From Paecilomyces variotii (lineage: Eukaryota): 64,000 bases of DNA. The notes beneath the pieces are model-generated. The model was not told the origin of the DNA and ran no database searches. It worked only from the letters and a program-made list of their open reading frames with translations. Location: assembly GCA_004022145.1 (NCBI GenBank), contig RCNU01000007.1; one strand, 5' to 3'. Of this stretch, positions 50,691-62,403 are shown one piece after another. Each line of letters opens with the position of its first letter. The stretch's first letter is position 1. A program made the translations under genes and the position numbers.

Positions 50691-51054
50691 AATGAAGTTA
50701 AAGAGGGGAAGAAGATTTCTGTTTAATGCTGTGTTGAACGTCTTGATACCTCCTTGTAGACTATATATGCATATTAGCAATATATCTATGATCTGTTCAC
50801 AATGCACTATTGAAATGCCAAATCAAAGAATCGAAATGACTCATTCAAGCTCAATATACCCTACGGTCGCGTGGAGGAGTCCCCTGTATTCTCATCAGTG
50901 ACGCGACGCGCGCAGAATAACTTCACCCAGTCAGTACCAGCACCACCAGAAAAAAGCCCCTCATATAACCCAGACCCTCCAAAAAACTCCTCACATAAAT
51001 ACCCCCAGAAAAAAAGAATTACAAAAATCCTCCTAGAGTTACGCAGCAAAAAAT

Positions 51055-51064
51055 AAAAAAAAAA
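51055..51064 (-). terminator. Pol III oligo(dT) terminator of the putative ncRNA
   Basis: T10 run on the minus strand 5 nt after the 3' arm of the closing stem, followed by a further T6. Confidence 0.7.
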
Positions 51065-51069
51065 GAAAG

Positions 51070-51210
51070 TGACCTGATACCGCGGGTTTACCTGGATGAC
51101 CCCCTCCATCATCAACCCGATAAACCGCCCAGGCCGGGACTCGAACCTCGGCGCTCATGTATGGCGTATGTCCACAGGACCGCTGCGCTATGAAACCCGG
51201 GTCTCGGTCA
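51070..51210 (-). ncRNA. Putative RNA polymerase III-transcribed structured ncRNA (~140 nt, tRNA-like but not a tRNA)
   Basis: Minus strand: TATAAT (51236-51231), A box TAGCGCAGCGG (51190-51180), B box GGTTCGAGTCC (51147-51137), T10 terminator. 5' TGACCGAGACCCGGGTTT pairs with 3' AAACCCGCGGTATCAGGTCA. Confidence 0.75.
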
Positions 51211-51490
51211 AAGGGACCTTCTTACAGTGAATTATATGCGTTGTGTTGTTGTTGTGCTGGAGTAGAGGGCGGTAAGTATGGGGTGGATGTTATTTTGTAT
51301 GTAGATCTGGGGGCGGATCTTATCTTATCAGTCACGTGATGGCGCGTTGTGCGGCGTTTGGGCTTGGCGCGTGGACGGAACGCGCGCGGAAGAGTAAGTT
51401 GGGTTGGGGATTTGTTCTAGACCCCCTCCTCCTACCTAATTAGAAAGTGGATAGCTGTATCGAGAAGAGAGGTGGGATTCTATCATCGAT

Positions 51491-53752
51491 ATGCATCCAG
51501 GAAGGGTGATTCAGGATTCGGATGATGAAGATGATGCTCTGTCTGATGTCGCGACGTCGATTGATCCGTTACAGGAGCAGGAGCAGGAGCAGCATGATGA
51601 TGACTATGGCAATGCCGAGGGTCAGGCGGAGGAGCATGAAGAGCGACATTCCGAGAAAGAGGTGGAATATACTACAGAGCGTGCTATTACTGGATCGCAG
51701 CTCGGTGTCAATTTTGATGATTTTCTACAATCTCAGCCTCAGACGACGACTGGTCTTTCATCTTCCCAGCAGAGGAGGGAGGAAAGATGGATTCCGACAG
51801 AGAGTGGTAATGAGTCTATTGGTGAGTGTATGCGTGTGTTGTTTTCAGTGGTGGGATTTTCATCAGCTAGGGATTTTACTGAGATGTTTCCTGTCTGTCT
51901 AGGTGCTACGATGAGCGAAATCGGTCGCGCTCAGAGGTTGCTAGTTGATGATGTGACGCCTCTCAATTATCCACTGCTTCCCTCGATGGACCAGTCGGCA
52001 GATCCACTGCTGTGTACATATCAGTCTTCTGATGGAGCTGGCGGGGTGAAACGTCCACAGTCTGTGGTTGATGCCGTGAGTGGAGAAGATCAGGATACGG
52101 GATACTGGTCAGAGCAACAAGCGAAGAGATGCAAGATCTCGGAACACGGAAATGGCGAAGATGAGGTCGTGGAGTTGCCTCAAAAGGGCAATGAACATCA
52201 GCTGCAGGACCTTCTGCAGCAATCAGCAGCTATGGATGAGCAGTCCCACAGCCACCCTGGGCCGGACGATCCAGAGAAGAAGACCAGCACAAACGACAAC
52301 GAGGCGTCTGTTACGGCCTCATACAACTACTTCGACTCGTCACTGAAGCTGAGAGAGTATACGGAAGTTAGCACTGTGCCTATTGCTAGCCCAGGAGAGG
52401 AACGCGATGAGCTAGTGGAGACCATTCGTCGAACGCCTGGCCGATCGAAGTCGATGCAGATGCCCCCCGTGGACTCGCCTCACGACACTGAACCCTTTTC
52501 CTCATTGATATCTCCGCATGTAAAGCGGGCAAAAAGTGACATGCCAGTGAAAGGTGTATCCCCGAAAGCGTCGATAGACACGCCAGACGAACTGTCTCTC
52601 CCCGTTACGGTGGAAGCCCCGTTGGCTCAAAAGAAGAAACGAGGAAGGAAGAAGAAGCAGCTGGCAGAGGATGGCACTGATGGGGAGCCAGACGAGCTTA
52701 ACGCCGATGCCACACATGGAATCCCTGACGAACCGAAGAAACGCGGACGCGGCAGGCCTAGAAAAATACAAGTCGAAGGCGTGCAATCACCTAAACCCCA
52801 ATTCGACGAAGATCTTGTCATGGCTGTTGCACAAGAGACCATTGCAGACCCGGATCAACCTAACAAGTTCGAGGAAGACTCTAGGTTCGTTATGCACGAT
52901 GAAAAACCAGACTATGACACCTTTGATCCTGCAAAAGCAGACGTAGGACTGCCACAAGAACAATATATACCTCGACCAAGTCGTTCACGAGCTCAACCAA
53001 TTGAAAATTATGAATCTCCCGATTCGATATCGGGACTATCCATAGAGAAGACCAAGAAGAGGAAGATCAAGCGGGGCAAAACCACTTCGATCATGATCAA
53101 GAAATCCTACGAGTCAGACGTCGAAGACGACGTGATATGGATTGACGAGAAGCCCGCGAAGGAGCCCTTCAAAGCCAAGGAAGAGACAGTAGCAGCAGTG
53201 GCACAAAGGCCTGATACCGTTGCTAACGACTTCGCGGAAGACAATCAGTGCGACATCAAGGACATAAAGCCCACTGACGCAATTGAAGATCCAACTAAAC
53301 AAGAAGCCATCGACCCAGCTCGTTCCGATGAACCTCCTGGTCCGAAGAAGCGCGGACGCAAGAGAAAGAAGACCGCAGAACTCGTGATCGCAGATCCTCC
53401 AGCTCAACAAGATATCTCTGAAGACGCAGAGACCGACGAACACACTACTCCTCAAAACATCCCAAACAATATTAACCCCCCAATCACCACCGAGGAGGGA
53501 CAATCAACCACTCACGAGGATACAATCCAAAAACCAGCCGAACCTCACGACATAACACCAGAACCCGAGATTCCAACTCCCAAAACGCCAACCGCAAAGC
53601 CCCACGATCCGACCGCCTGTACGTCTCAGAACACGAAGACGAAAGGCCCCGATAAACATAGCCCGATCACTTCCACAAGCAAGGTCCCATACCGCGTAGG
53701 TCTGAGTCGTAGAGCGCGAATCGCACCACTGTTGAAAATAGTGAGGAAGTGA
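51491..53752 (+). CDS. AT-hook-containing acidic nuclear protein
   Basis: KKKRGRKKK, KKRGRGRPRK (AT-hook) and KKRGRKRKK. C-terminal PYRVGLSRRARIAPLLKIVRK. Probable in-frame intron 51822-51902. Confidence 0.8.
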   Translation: MHPGRVIQDSDDEDDALSDVATSIDPLQEQEQEQHDDDYGNAEGQAEEHEERHSEKEVEYTTERAITGSQLGVNFDDFLQSQPQTTTGLSSSQQRREERWIPTESGNESIGECMRVLFSVVGFSSARDFTEMFPVCLGATMSEIGRAQRLLVDDVTPLNYPLLPSMDQSADPLLCTYQSSDGAGGVKRPQSVVDAVSGEDQDTGYWSEQQAKRCKISEHGNGEDEVVELPQKGNEHQLQDLLQQSAAMDEQSHSHPGPDDPEKKTSTNDNEASVTASYNYFDSSLKLREYTEVSTVPIASPGEERDELVETIRRTPGRSKSMQMPPVDSPHDTEPFSSLISPHVKRAKSDMPVKGVSPKASIDTPDELSLPVTVEAPLAQKKKRGRKKKQLAEDGTDGEPDELNADATHGIPDEPKKRGRGRPRKIQVEGVQSPKPQFDEDLVMAVAQETIADPDQPNKFEEDSRFVMHDEKPDYDTFDPAKADVGLPQEQYIPRPSRSRAQPIENYESPDSISGLSIEKTKKRKIKRGKTTSIMIKKSYESDVEDDVIWIDEKPAKEPFKAKEETVAAVAQRPDTVANDFAEDNQCDIKDIKPTDAIEDPTKQEAIDPARSDEPPGPKKRGRKRKKTAELVIADPPAQQDISEDAETDEHTTPQNIPNNINPPITTEEGQSTTHEDTIQKPAEPHDITPEPEIPTPKTPTAKPHDPTACTSQNTKTKGPDKHSPITSTSKVPYRVGLSRRARIAPLLKIVRK

Positions 53753-54260
53753 TGGGCGTGAATGTGTGTACTGAAACCGCCTATTGCGAAATGGGAGATG
53801 ACATCGCCTTATGTGCTTCTTCTTCTTCTCCTTCTCTGACTGTTCTTTTTATTCCTAGCGCCATATTATGGCTTTATGATTTCTGATACTCGAGATATGA
53901 TACATGTACATGCATATATACCCATGGAGCACAAATGATGTCTGGTTGTTCACAGACATGGTTGAGAGGATATCTATGTATTATCAATTCTATAAATAAT
54001 AGGAATAAATAGTCACTATTACAGACTAGCTGGCCATCGTAGTGAACTTCGGATATGAATATCCAGCTAGTTTCTACGCGTATTACTATGCATAAGTGAC
54101 GACCAGAAAGATACGAATGCTATTAGTAGCCTAGTCACTTTTTATTTACAAGCTTTCTGCGGTAAACGAGCGAAGGAGCGACCCGAACAATATCATTGCA
54201 GCAAGGGAAACGTGACCGCTTCCGTGTAAACATTTCGAGGCGTATTCAGTCTTGTCAGCT

Positions 54261-55394
54261 TTATTGCCGTGACTTCATACTCTGGTTCCCCGAATCGAAT
54301 AAAACTGCGTCGTGATCCCAACGATACCAGTTATCTCGAGGATCGCCCAGGCATTCTCCGACGGTAACTGCACGGTAGCCATTCTGACGCGCCTTCTCCA
54401 GTATGTAGGCCGTCAGGTTATAGACAGTTTGTTCATGCACATCGTGGGAAATGACCAAAAACGGCTTATCAGGTCTATCCCGCCGAGCCATGGCTTGATC
54501 GAACGCATCTTTGGAGCGCTGGATAAGGTCGGGGCTATCATTGTTGTAGTCGTTGGTATCCAGATCGAAATATATGATATGATAACCGAGCTCCTCGACA
54601 GCATCCTGACACCCAGACTCAAGACTGCAGCTGGAATAAGGAGGACGCATATATGTTGGAAAACCGCCCATGATATTACGCAAGGCTGCCTCGTTCTTGA
54701 GGATCTGATCCTGGCGTACTGACGGAGTAACCTTGCTGAGATCCTGATGAGACCACGAATGGCTACCGATCTGGTGTCCGCTCCAATGCATACGTTGGAT
54801 TAACTTGCCCCAAGGCAGGTTGAAATCGTCAATCTGGCCTTTACCAGAGTTGACACCTGTGACAAAGAACGTTGCTTTCGCGTCGTACGAATCTAAGAGA
54901 TCGAGAAGATCGTTGGTGTAGCGGTTGGGCCCGTCATCGAATGTCAGTGCGAGTGTCTTTGGGACTGTGCATGAGTAGATAGCACGGCGCCCATATGCCA
55001 CATTTCCAACATGAGGTCTAGGAAGGTTTGTAGTCGGTCGCCCCTGGGGAGTTCTATTGGCGTCGCAGCCGTTGCTGTAGTCTAACTGGCAATCAGGGGA
55101 CCGGCAATGATTGATTGTAGCGCCGCACCATCCTGAATGACATATGAGTTGGGCTTCAATCGACAACTGACACGACGTACACTAACCTGAAGGTGAACAA
55201 CATAAGTTATCTGCACAAACGCCCGCCCCGGGACCGCATCTAGTGTTAAAATGAGATCCAGCAAGCCCTGATAGAGGAAGGTTTCGCTGAACGAGGTTCT
55301 GGGACTCTCCAGAGCCAAGGTTATCGATGCTGTGTCCATAAGCTGTCATAATCCCAAGCCAAGTGCTGAATAGCCTGTGAGTGGGTGTTTTCAT
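54261..55394 (-). CDS. Chitin/polysaccharide deacetylase (CE4) with N-terminal hevein-like CBM18
   Basis: Exons 55394-55187 and 55132-54261. CGPGAGVC..CCSPSGWCG..HC (CBM18). CE4 motifs TFDDGP, HSWSH, MRPPY, DTNDY and SHDVH. Signal-peptide-like N-terminus. Confidence 0.92.
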
Positions 55395-58164
55395 TGTGAA
55401 GGACTTCTAGTTCGATAAAGAGAGAGACCGTTGAAATATGGGACAGAAGCATATGTTAGTCGATAATGAGAGTTTGATACAACGAGCGTGGTGCGAGAAA
55501 TATTGAAGCGCGACTCAGATTCATACAGTTGACCATCCCTGGAGCTACTGTTGGCCGTAATTTATACAACAACGGGCTGGCTCCGTTAGGAAAGGGCTAT
55601 CCTTGGGAAGGAACTTTCAGACGCCAAACAACATGCCCTTCGATTCAAGTAACTGCCAGTTCATCGCTACATGGCACCTAAGATGGATCTGTACCCAGAT
55701 TGATAAGAATGATGAAGTATTACCAGACAGGTTTTCTCATTGTTTGCAAGATCGATCTATAGTATTCAAACCCAATATGAACGTGCTTGCGACCATGCAT
55801 ACATCTTCTGCGAGGGAACTAATCTCTGGGTCAGAGCTCGATGTTGGTGGATCTGCTCTAGGTAGTTAGCCAAGAAACACACCGGGGGGGTTGAGAGACT
55901 TATAAAAGAGTTGGTGCCGCTCCCTGAAAGAGGGAACGGCCGTCTCTCTGCATCTTCCACATCGCTGCTACCGCGTTCCTACAAATGTCGTCGGCAAGTG
56001 GCATACTCGACGCATCCACTGGAACTCCCTGTCAAAGGGCAGTCATGACCTGCCGTCATAGAAGACTCCAGGCGAATTCCCTTAGGTGTCATTCCCATCA
56101 CGATATGTCAAGTAATCACCCTACACTCGGAATGACACAGACCGACGAAGGACAACATAACAAGCTTGCTAGAGCAGACAAACCGAAGTTTTGATCCTCC
56201 CGCGAGAGAGGTCCCACCCAAGCGGCCGTTGTGTCAGATCGATTCGCCGTCGACATAGCCGAGGAAGGTTGACAATGACAAAGAGCGCCCGGAGATAGTG
56301 TTATGACATTGAAGGAACCGCCAGTCGAGCTTCAAGCAGGCCATTTTACACCTTTCACATATGGAGCCCCATAGAATGGCGCCGATTTGCGACACTGATC
56401 GGACACAAGCAACGAAGCATGGGCAGTCTGTGAAAGTGGCTCGAGAAACATGAGCAAGGAGCGATCGAGCCCTCATTGCCTGTGATCGCGAAGGAGAGCG
56501 AACGGCCTCCATACCTCTCGGATTTCTCTTCCAAATCACGCCGAGAATTTTCTGTCTCCCAAACACTGTCTGACAGGTAGGAGTCATCCGTATCCTACCA
56601 TGTCAACCTCTCGAGCTCCAGACCCCGTAAGCTCCTTCCGGGCATCGGGACTGTTGGACTCTCTTGTTTGTAATACAGTACCTCTAGAGACTAGTTTTTG
56701 TTTCCTCTCCCGTAACATGGTCGTTTCCGGGAGGGCATCTTGAAGCGGACAAAAAACATCCTCAAAAACCGCTTCCTTCTCCCCGAAGGGAGGGGTGAAT
56801 GCGAGAATTCACAATCACCGATATCTGCGCCCGTCGATCAATCCACAAGCTGAACTTGCGAAGAGACGGTTAACACGGCTGATCTGGGCCTCTGATTGAG
56901 TTCAAGTCTGTGGCTGGTGCCGTGACTCGAAGTTGGCTGGCGAGCTTACATCACAGATGTCTCCATTAAGAGGACGAGGTGGAGCAGAGGGACGAAGAAC
57001 CCAGCTTCCTCGAGGTCGGAAACATGCACGGGATAGCAAACAACTACTAGCAGGCTGCTAGAGGCAGGAGGAGAATCACAAGACCGCCAGAGGACATTTC
57101 TGCCCACTGGTGCTTGCATCATCGACGAATAAAGTAGCGACTGGAACTGACAACAAGCCAAAAAAATCGACGGCATTCCATAGAGACTACCAGTCGACAA
57201 ACCGTACCTCAAGGTACGAACACAGAGACCTCGCTACAACTCCCAATTGTAGGCAGCTGGGTACTAACAATATGAAGAGTTGATTCCGGCGAGTGGATCT
57301 CCATCGCGCATTGAGGCCACGATTGTGTGTGGGCAACTATCCAAGAAGGTAAGTGTTTGTTGTGTTCAACGCTTCAATAGTCGCGAAGACGAAGCTGGCA
57401 TTTAGACCTTGGATCCTAGTGCCTTCGGTAGGAAGATATTGGAAAGCTCCCAAAGGCGACCTCCAAGTTTAGAGGTGCTCGGCATGCTTCACCTCTGCTC
57501 TCTCAGTCATCTCTCAACTTGCAAGCGCATACCAAACGCCCCTGATGATCACTTTCTAATGTCCAGCTACAGTAAACCGACGCGTGTCTCCTCAGAGACT
57601 TAGAACGCATGGTAGACCTTCTTCGAATGCCTATGGTAGGCTCTGGACGCCAAACACCTTTCGCCCCCAGCAAGGTCCCGGAGGATCTGGCGGTTGCTAG
57701 TCGGACATTTGACATATAGACCGCGAAGCTTGTGCCATTTCTGACAGCGGACAGATGAAGTAATTAGGGTTAGGTGTCCAGACTTTGCCCACCTCGAAAA
57801 ACCAAGCTCGCACCGTAGGCTTCAAGCGCAGTAGAGACAGGGCTTATTCGAGGTGTATTGATAGTATGACTACCAATGTAACAGAGACTGGAGATTTGGG
57901 AAGGTGAAACTGTATAAATCGCGCCATCAAGGCAAGAGAGTGGTGGAACAAGAGAGGTTGTTGACATGGTGGAAACGGCCGCGTCCGACCGTGTCTTCAA
58001 GAGAATGAGTCCAACTGAGAATTGCAACTGGCAGTGATCGATAAAGATTGAGAAGTTCGAGGCAAGAGGCAGTTCGGCCTCTGTCACGTACGTGTGCTGA
58101 GGGCTGTCGTGTGCTGAAGCTCATAAGAAGTCGAGGACAATAGCAGGAGACGAGAAGTAAATAT

Positions 58165-58218
58165 GTACGCGACGCGTAGTCACGTGATAAAGACACCGAT
58201 AGCATCACGTGGAGATAA
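58165..58218. promoter_or_regulatory. RTP1 promoter motifs: ACGCGACGCGT, two CACGTG E-boxes, GATAA
   Basis: gtacgcgacgcgtagtcacgtgataa...atcacgtggagataa, 130-190 nt upstream of the ATG. Confidence 0.45.
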
Positions 58219-58350
58219 CCTGCTCGAAGATTCTTTGTCAGCAGATTCGCCTTATGACCGCAGAATAGAATGAAGAACGCGGCCAGTTAGAAGACACTGG
58301 CGTAAAGATATGTCGCCTTGGTACTGATATCCATTAGTTAGGTTATAAGC

Positions 58351-61300
58351 ATGGCAGGTTCACGGAGGATTAGAGAAGCTTTCGAATCCGCGAATGAGTT
58401 CCTCTCACCTGTCTTAAATAGAGGCATGTATTCTTGGCAGCCCGCATAAGATCATGGTCAAAGAGCTAACAGTCTATAAGAGGAGATACAAAAGTCACGC
58501 GGCGACTCTCTGGTGCAGATATTGAGCGTAAAGCTATCTGTGGCTCCTGAAGAGGAGAATCAAAGAAAAGCAGTCATTAACGAGGCTCTATCGCTCCTGG
58601 GGCAAATCCATACAGCATTTGCTACTTCCATAGGGGACGATGAACCCGAAACGACAACCGAGACTGAAGATGTGGCCTTGGAAGATGCAAAACGCCGTAG
58701 ATTACTTCATGCATTGCTAGATCTCATTTCTCTTGAGGGTGTTTATCCCTCTTTGTCAGGAGGAGTCGGTATTCCTCTTGAGAAAAGGGTCATTTCTGTC
58801 CTTCCTGCAGGGGTGATCGCTAAACAGACTGAGATTCCCGCGGACAGTAAGCCCAGAGATGAAGCACTACTACGCCAGATCCTGAAAGTCTTGCGCGACC
58901 TGCTTTTTGATGAACGGCCCAGCATACAGCCGATCATCCGGGGTCGTATCTTGAGTGACATAATAAGCGGTTCTGCTGATCTTGCCTTCAACGCAAGAAC
59001 GTTGCCTTTACAGGAAAAAGAAGAATTTAGGGATATGTTCCAGAAGGTTATTGACCAGTAAGTTTCTGTCCCTAAATTTCTCATGACAGCACGTTAATTA
59101 TAGCGGTAGAACTCCAACGCAGGTCTTGTTGCCAACTTTGACTGCTTTTCTAAGAACGGATACCGCTCCATGGTTCAAATCCACAATCTCTAGTCATCTA
59201 TCTGTCATACCTCTGCGGCCGGATGGGGTTCTTCAGACTATGATATTCGTTGCATCTCAGTTTGCGCCTTCACTTGGCCACGATGCTCAGACGCCATCCT
59301 CCGATGGACCTCCCATCACAGTGCAGGCAATCATGCAGACCTCGAAGCTTCTTTCTTCTGTACCACAGGGTATGGACCCGGTGGTCTACTTTGAGAACGT
59401 TTCGCCAAAGCTGTTGGCGTTGTTGGACGGTGAAGATCTGGATTTGAAAAGAACCGCTGCGTACGTCGTGGGTAGCGGAATCTTAGGGAAAAGAGCATAT
59501 GGTGCCCCTGGAACCATTGGACATTCAATATTCGCGGAGCCGATTTTCAAGGCTCTCACAGCCGAACTTGATGAGGCATCACAGCGATGGATGAGACGTT
59601 TCACGGGCCTTGGCGAAGCTTTACCTTGGGACCGAGAACACGAGTCGCCGCGGAAAGTTATTGTTGGAGAGTCTCAGATATTCCTAGGTATCGAGAGACT
59701 AAGGAGCCTGACGTTGCAACATCCGAATCCTGGTCTTGTGAAGAGACTTCTTCATCCGATTCTGCTGCCTCTCTGGGGTATGGCATGCTATGCACGGGAG
59801 CAAGGAAAGACCGCCTGGCACGAAAAGATCCTGACACTCCTACAAACATTCTTTGGTATGTCCGTGGGTGTCCTGCCATTGAAAAAGCTCGTCGATAACC
59901 TGCTTTGGGACGGTAAACCTACATGGAGCTACGGACCTGGTGAAAATGAAGGCATATCGTTGCAACAGCGAGGAAAGAGCAACACGCAAGGACTAAATCT
60001 AGTCCAATTAGTCGACTCATTAGACTTACGAGCAGACGAATTCGTCAAGCTCTTGGGTTCAGATCCTCAAAGTGAGGAGAGAACGGCGGACATTTTCTTG
60101 TATGTCAGTGAGAGATGGCTGGTGCAACCGTCTACCCACCAGCCGTCTTTGAATCGACTGAAGCTCCCTCATGAACAAGATGACCCTGAAGCCATAACAC
60201 AGAAGCTAGTCAGTGCCAAAATAGCTGAGAAGCTACTTGAGAATTTCAAGGACACCCTATCTCGCCATCCTTTGCGTGTGCTTGAGCTTGTCAAGCAGCT
60301 TATTGAAGGCGAACTTCGAGAATACGAAGCCAAGGAGAACAGAAGGAGAGATACAGATAGTGCAAAAGCCACACTGGCATCGCTCTCTAACATCGTCGCT
60401 AGAGACCAATCGGCTTCAGACGCGAGCCCGGAGCAAGCAGAAGCTGGAGAATCATTATCAGCCGCATTCAGCTTATTATCTACAATTCTCGCGTCGCCTG
60501 AATTCTCTGTATCCGAAGCTCTTGTTCCGACACTCCAGAGTATAAAAACACAATTAGATCGCCTCACCCCTCACCTACCAGCCTCTCTATCAAAACCGGG
60601 AACAACATCCTCCATGCTCTTGGAAATCCATCTATCCTCACCTGAAGAGTTAAAGGAGAATACGAAGGCGGCACCTTCTCACGTTTCTGATCTCGAAACT
60701 CATCGACAAGCCCTGAGCAATCTCAATTCCCCTCTTCCCCCAGTCCAGGCAGAAGGTCTTTCGTTACTGTCTAATCTCATAACCAAATCATCTCCAGTTC
60801 TGGATATTCCTTCAACGCTCTCCTTGCTTTTATCACTTATCATGGATACCTCCGAGTCAGCCGCAAATGAAGAATTCATTTATTTGAATGTCATAAAACT
60901 TATTGGAGAGCTTGCGTCGAGACACCCTCGAACGGTCGTCAAAACCCTCGTGGAGCGCTATGCTGATAGAGAGGAAGAGAGAACTCTCGACCAAAGACTC
61001 AAACTCGGAGAAGCGCTTCTACGCACAGTTCAGGATCTGGGAGACGCGCTAGCCGGAGAAACAGCAAAGATACTCGGCGAAGGCATGATATCTGTTGCCG
61101 GCAGACGAAGCCGGAAACCACAAGCTCATCAAGTGCGAAAATCCCAGTTAGAAAAGGAACGAAGGCAGAAGGAACGTGAAGCGCGAGAATCCGCTATGCC
61201 AGAAGGGTGGAGTATATCCACTCCGTTGTCTAACAAAGAATCCGGGCCATCCATTTCTGAACTTCAAGAAGACGACGACTCGGATATGGAGACACCAGAA

Positions 61301-61933
61301 CAAGCTGCCCAGTCAGCTAATATCGTCTCTGCCTGGGCTGCCGGAGCAGCTGCAGATGAAGACCCAGATGACCTACGGGCGCGTGCCTCAGCAATATCTA
61401 TCCTCGCGACCGCAATCCAAACAAACCTCCTTGGTCTAGGTCCTCAGGTCGCCTCTTCCGCTGTTGATCTCGCTTTATCCACTCTTTCTTTGGAGACAGA
61501 GCCCGAGAGCGCCATCCTCCGCCGCGGAAGCGTCGTCCTCCTACTTGACCTCATCAAAGCCATTGATGAGACGCGTGAGAACAAAGGCTCCAGCGCCCTC
61601 GGATTCGGTTTCTCACTTACAGACGACGCGGGTAGAGCAAGTGGCGCTGACCGCGGGAGGACGATAGGAAACATTCCTCAGATACTTCGTACGCTGCTAT
61701 TCGTCGAGAGCAGAGAAACTGATAGTATTGTGAGAGGACATATTCGCGTTTTGATCGAGAGTCTGGAGGCGTGGATGGAGAAGTCTTTAATGTGGGGTAT
61801 TGGGGCGCGCGGAGACAGGGAAGAGGATGAGGAACCGAGACTGGAGTTAGGCGATAGACTTGCTGGCTTGGCTATCAATCCGTTAGCAGGACGAGATGGA
61901 AGGATGGGTCCCAGGATTGAGGAGATTGAGTAG
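58351..61933 (+). CDS. RTP1: Rtp1/TANGO6-like ARM-repeat protein (RNA polymerase II nuclear import/assembly factor)
   Basis: Exons 58351-58423, 58481-59057, 59110-61933. Motifs LDLISLEGVYP, PLRPDGV, LPPVQAEGL, EEFIYLNVIK, LDQRLKLGEAL, DLRARASAISIL and LRRGSVVLL. Confidence 0.8.
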
Positions 61934-62403
61934 TTTGGCGTTCTCTTTGTGAATTCTTAGAGAATCCTACGTTGAACGATCATGGAGGCGCTGCCGACTA
62001 GATATTCGGATAGAAGAAATCGTTTCAATTCAAGGTTATCCAGCTTTGCTGGTATTCCTATTGTACAGTACTGACAAACCATCCGTTCAAGTTAATATTT
62101 GCCCCCAGAAAGCTTTCTACAGAAGACCAACCCTTCTCTCAATGAAACAAGACACCCAACAATGGGAGGGAGAAAACTTCAGTACAGGCATGGTGAAAGA
62201 ACAACACCGCTCTCTGTCCGTAAAGTTACAATTTAGGAAGAACAGGATGAAGCAGGGGTATGACAAAGAGACAGTACATGACTCCAAACGCCCAGGTCAG
62301 ATGGTAAAAGAAGGCCATTAAGGACAAACATACAAATGTTCCCAGATCCACGTTCGACAACGCCATACATGTTGAGGAAGGGTGGTGACTGAGAGATCTT
62401 GTA

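Noticed and set aside
51070-51116. snR52-like Pol III box C/D snoRNA (UGAUGA present)
   Set aside because: No CUGA box D lies downstream of the C-box-like sequence before the terminator.
51120-51197. Canonical or intron-containing tRNA gene
   Set aside because: A and B boxes are present, but there is no anticodon arm between the D-like and T-like arms. The 7 nt before the A box do not pair with the nucleotides after the T arm.
55600-58100. Small ORFs between the deacetylase and RTP1
   Set aside because: No recognisable coding or transposon signature.
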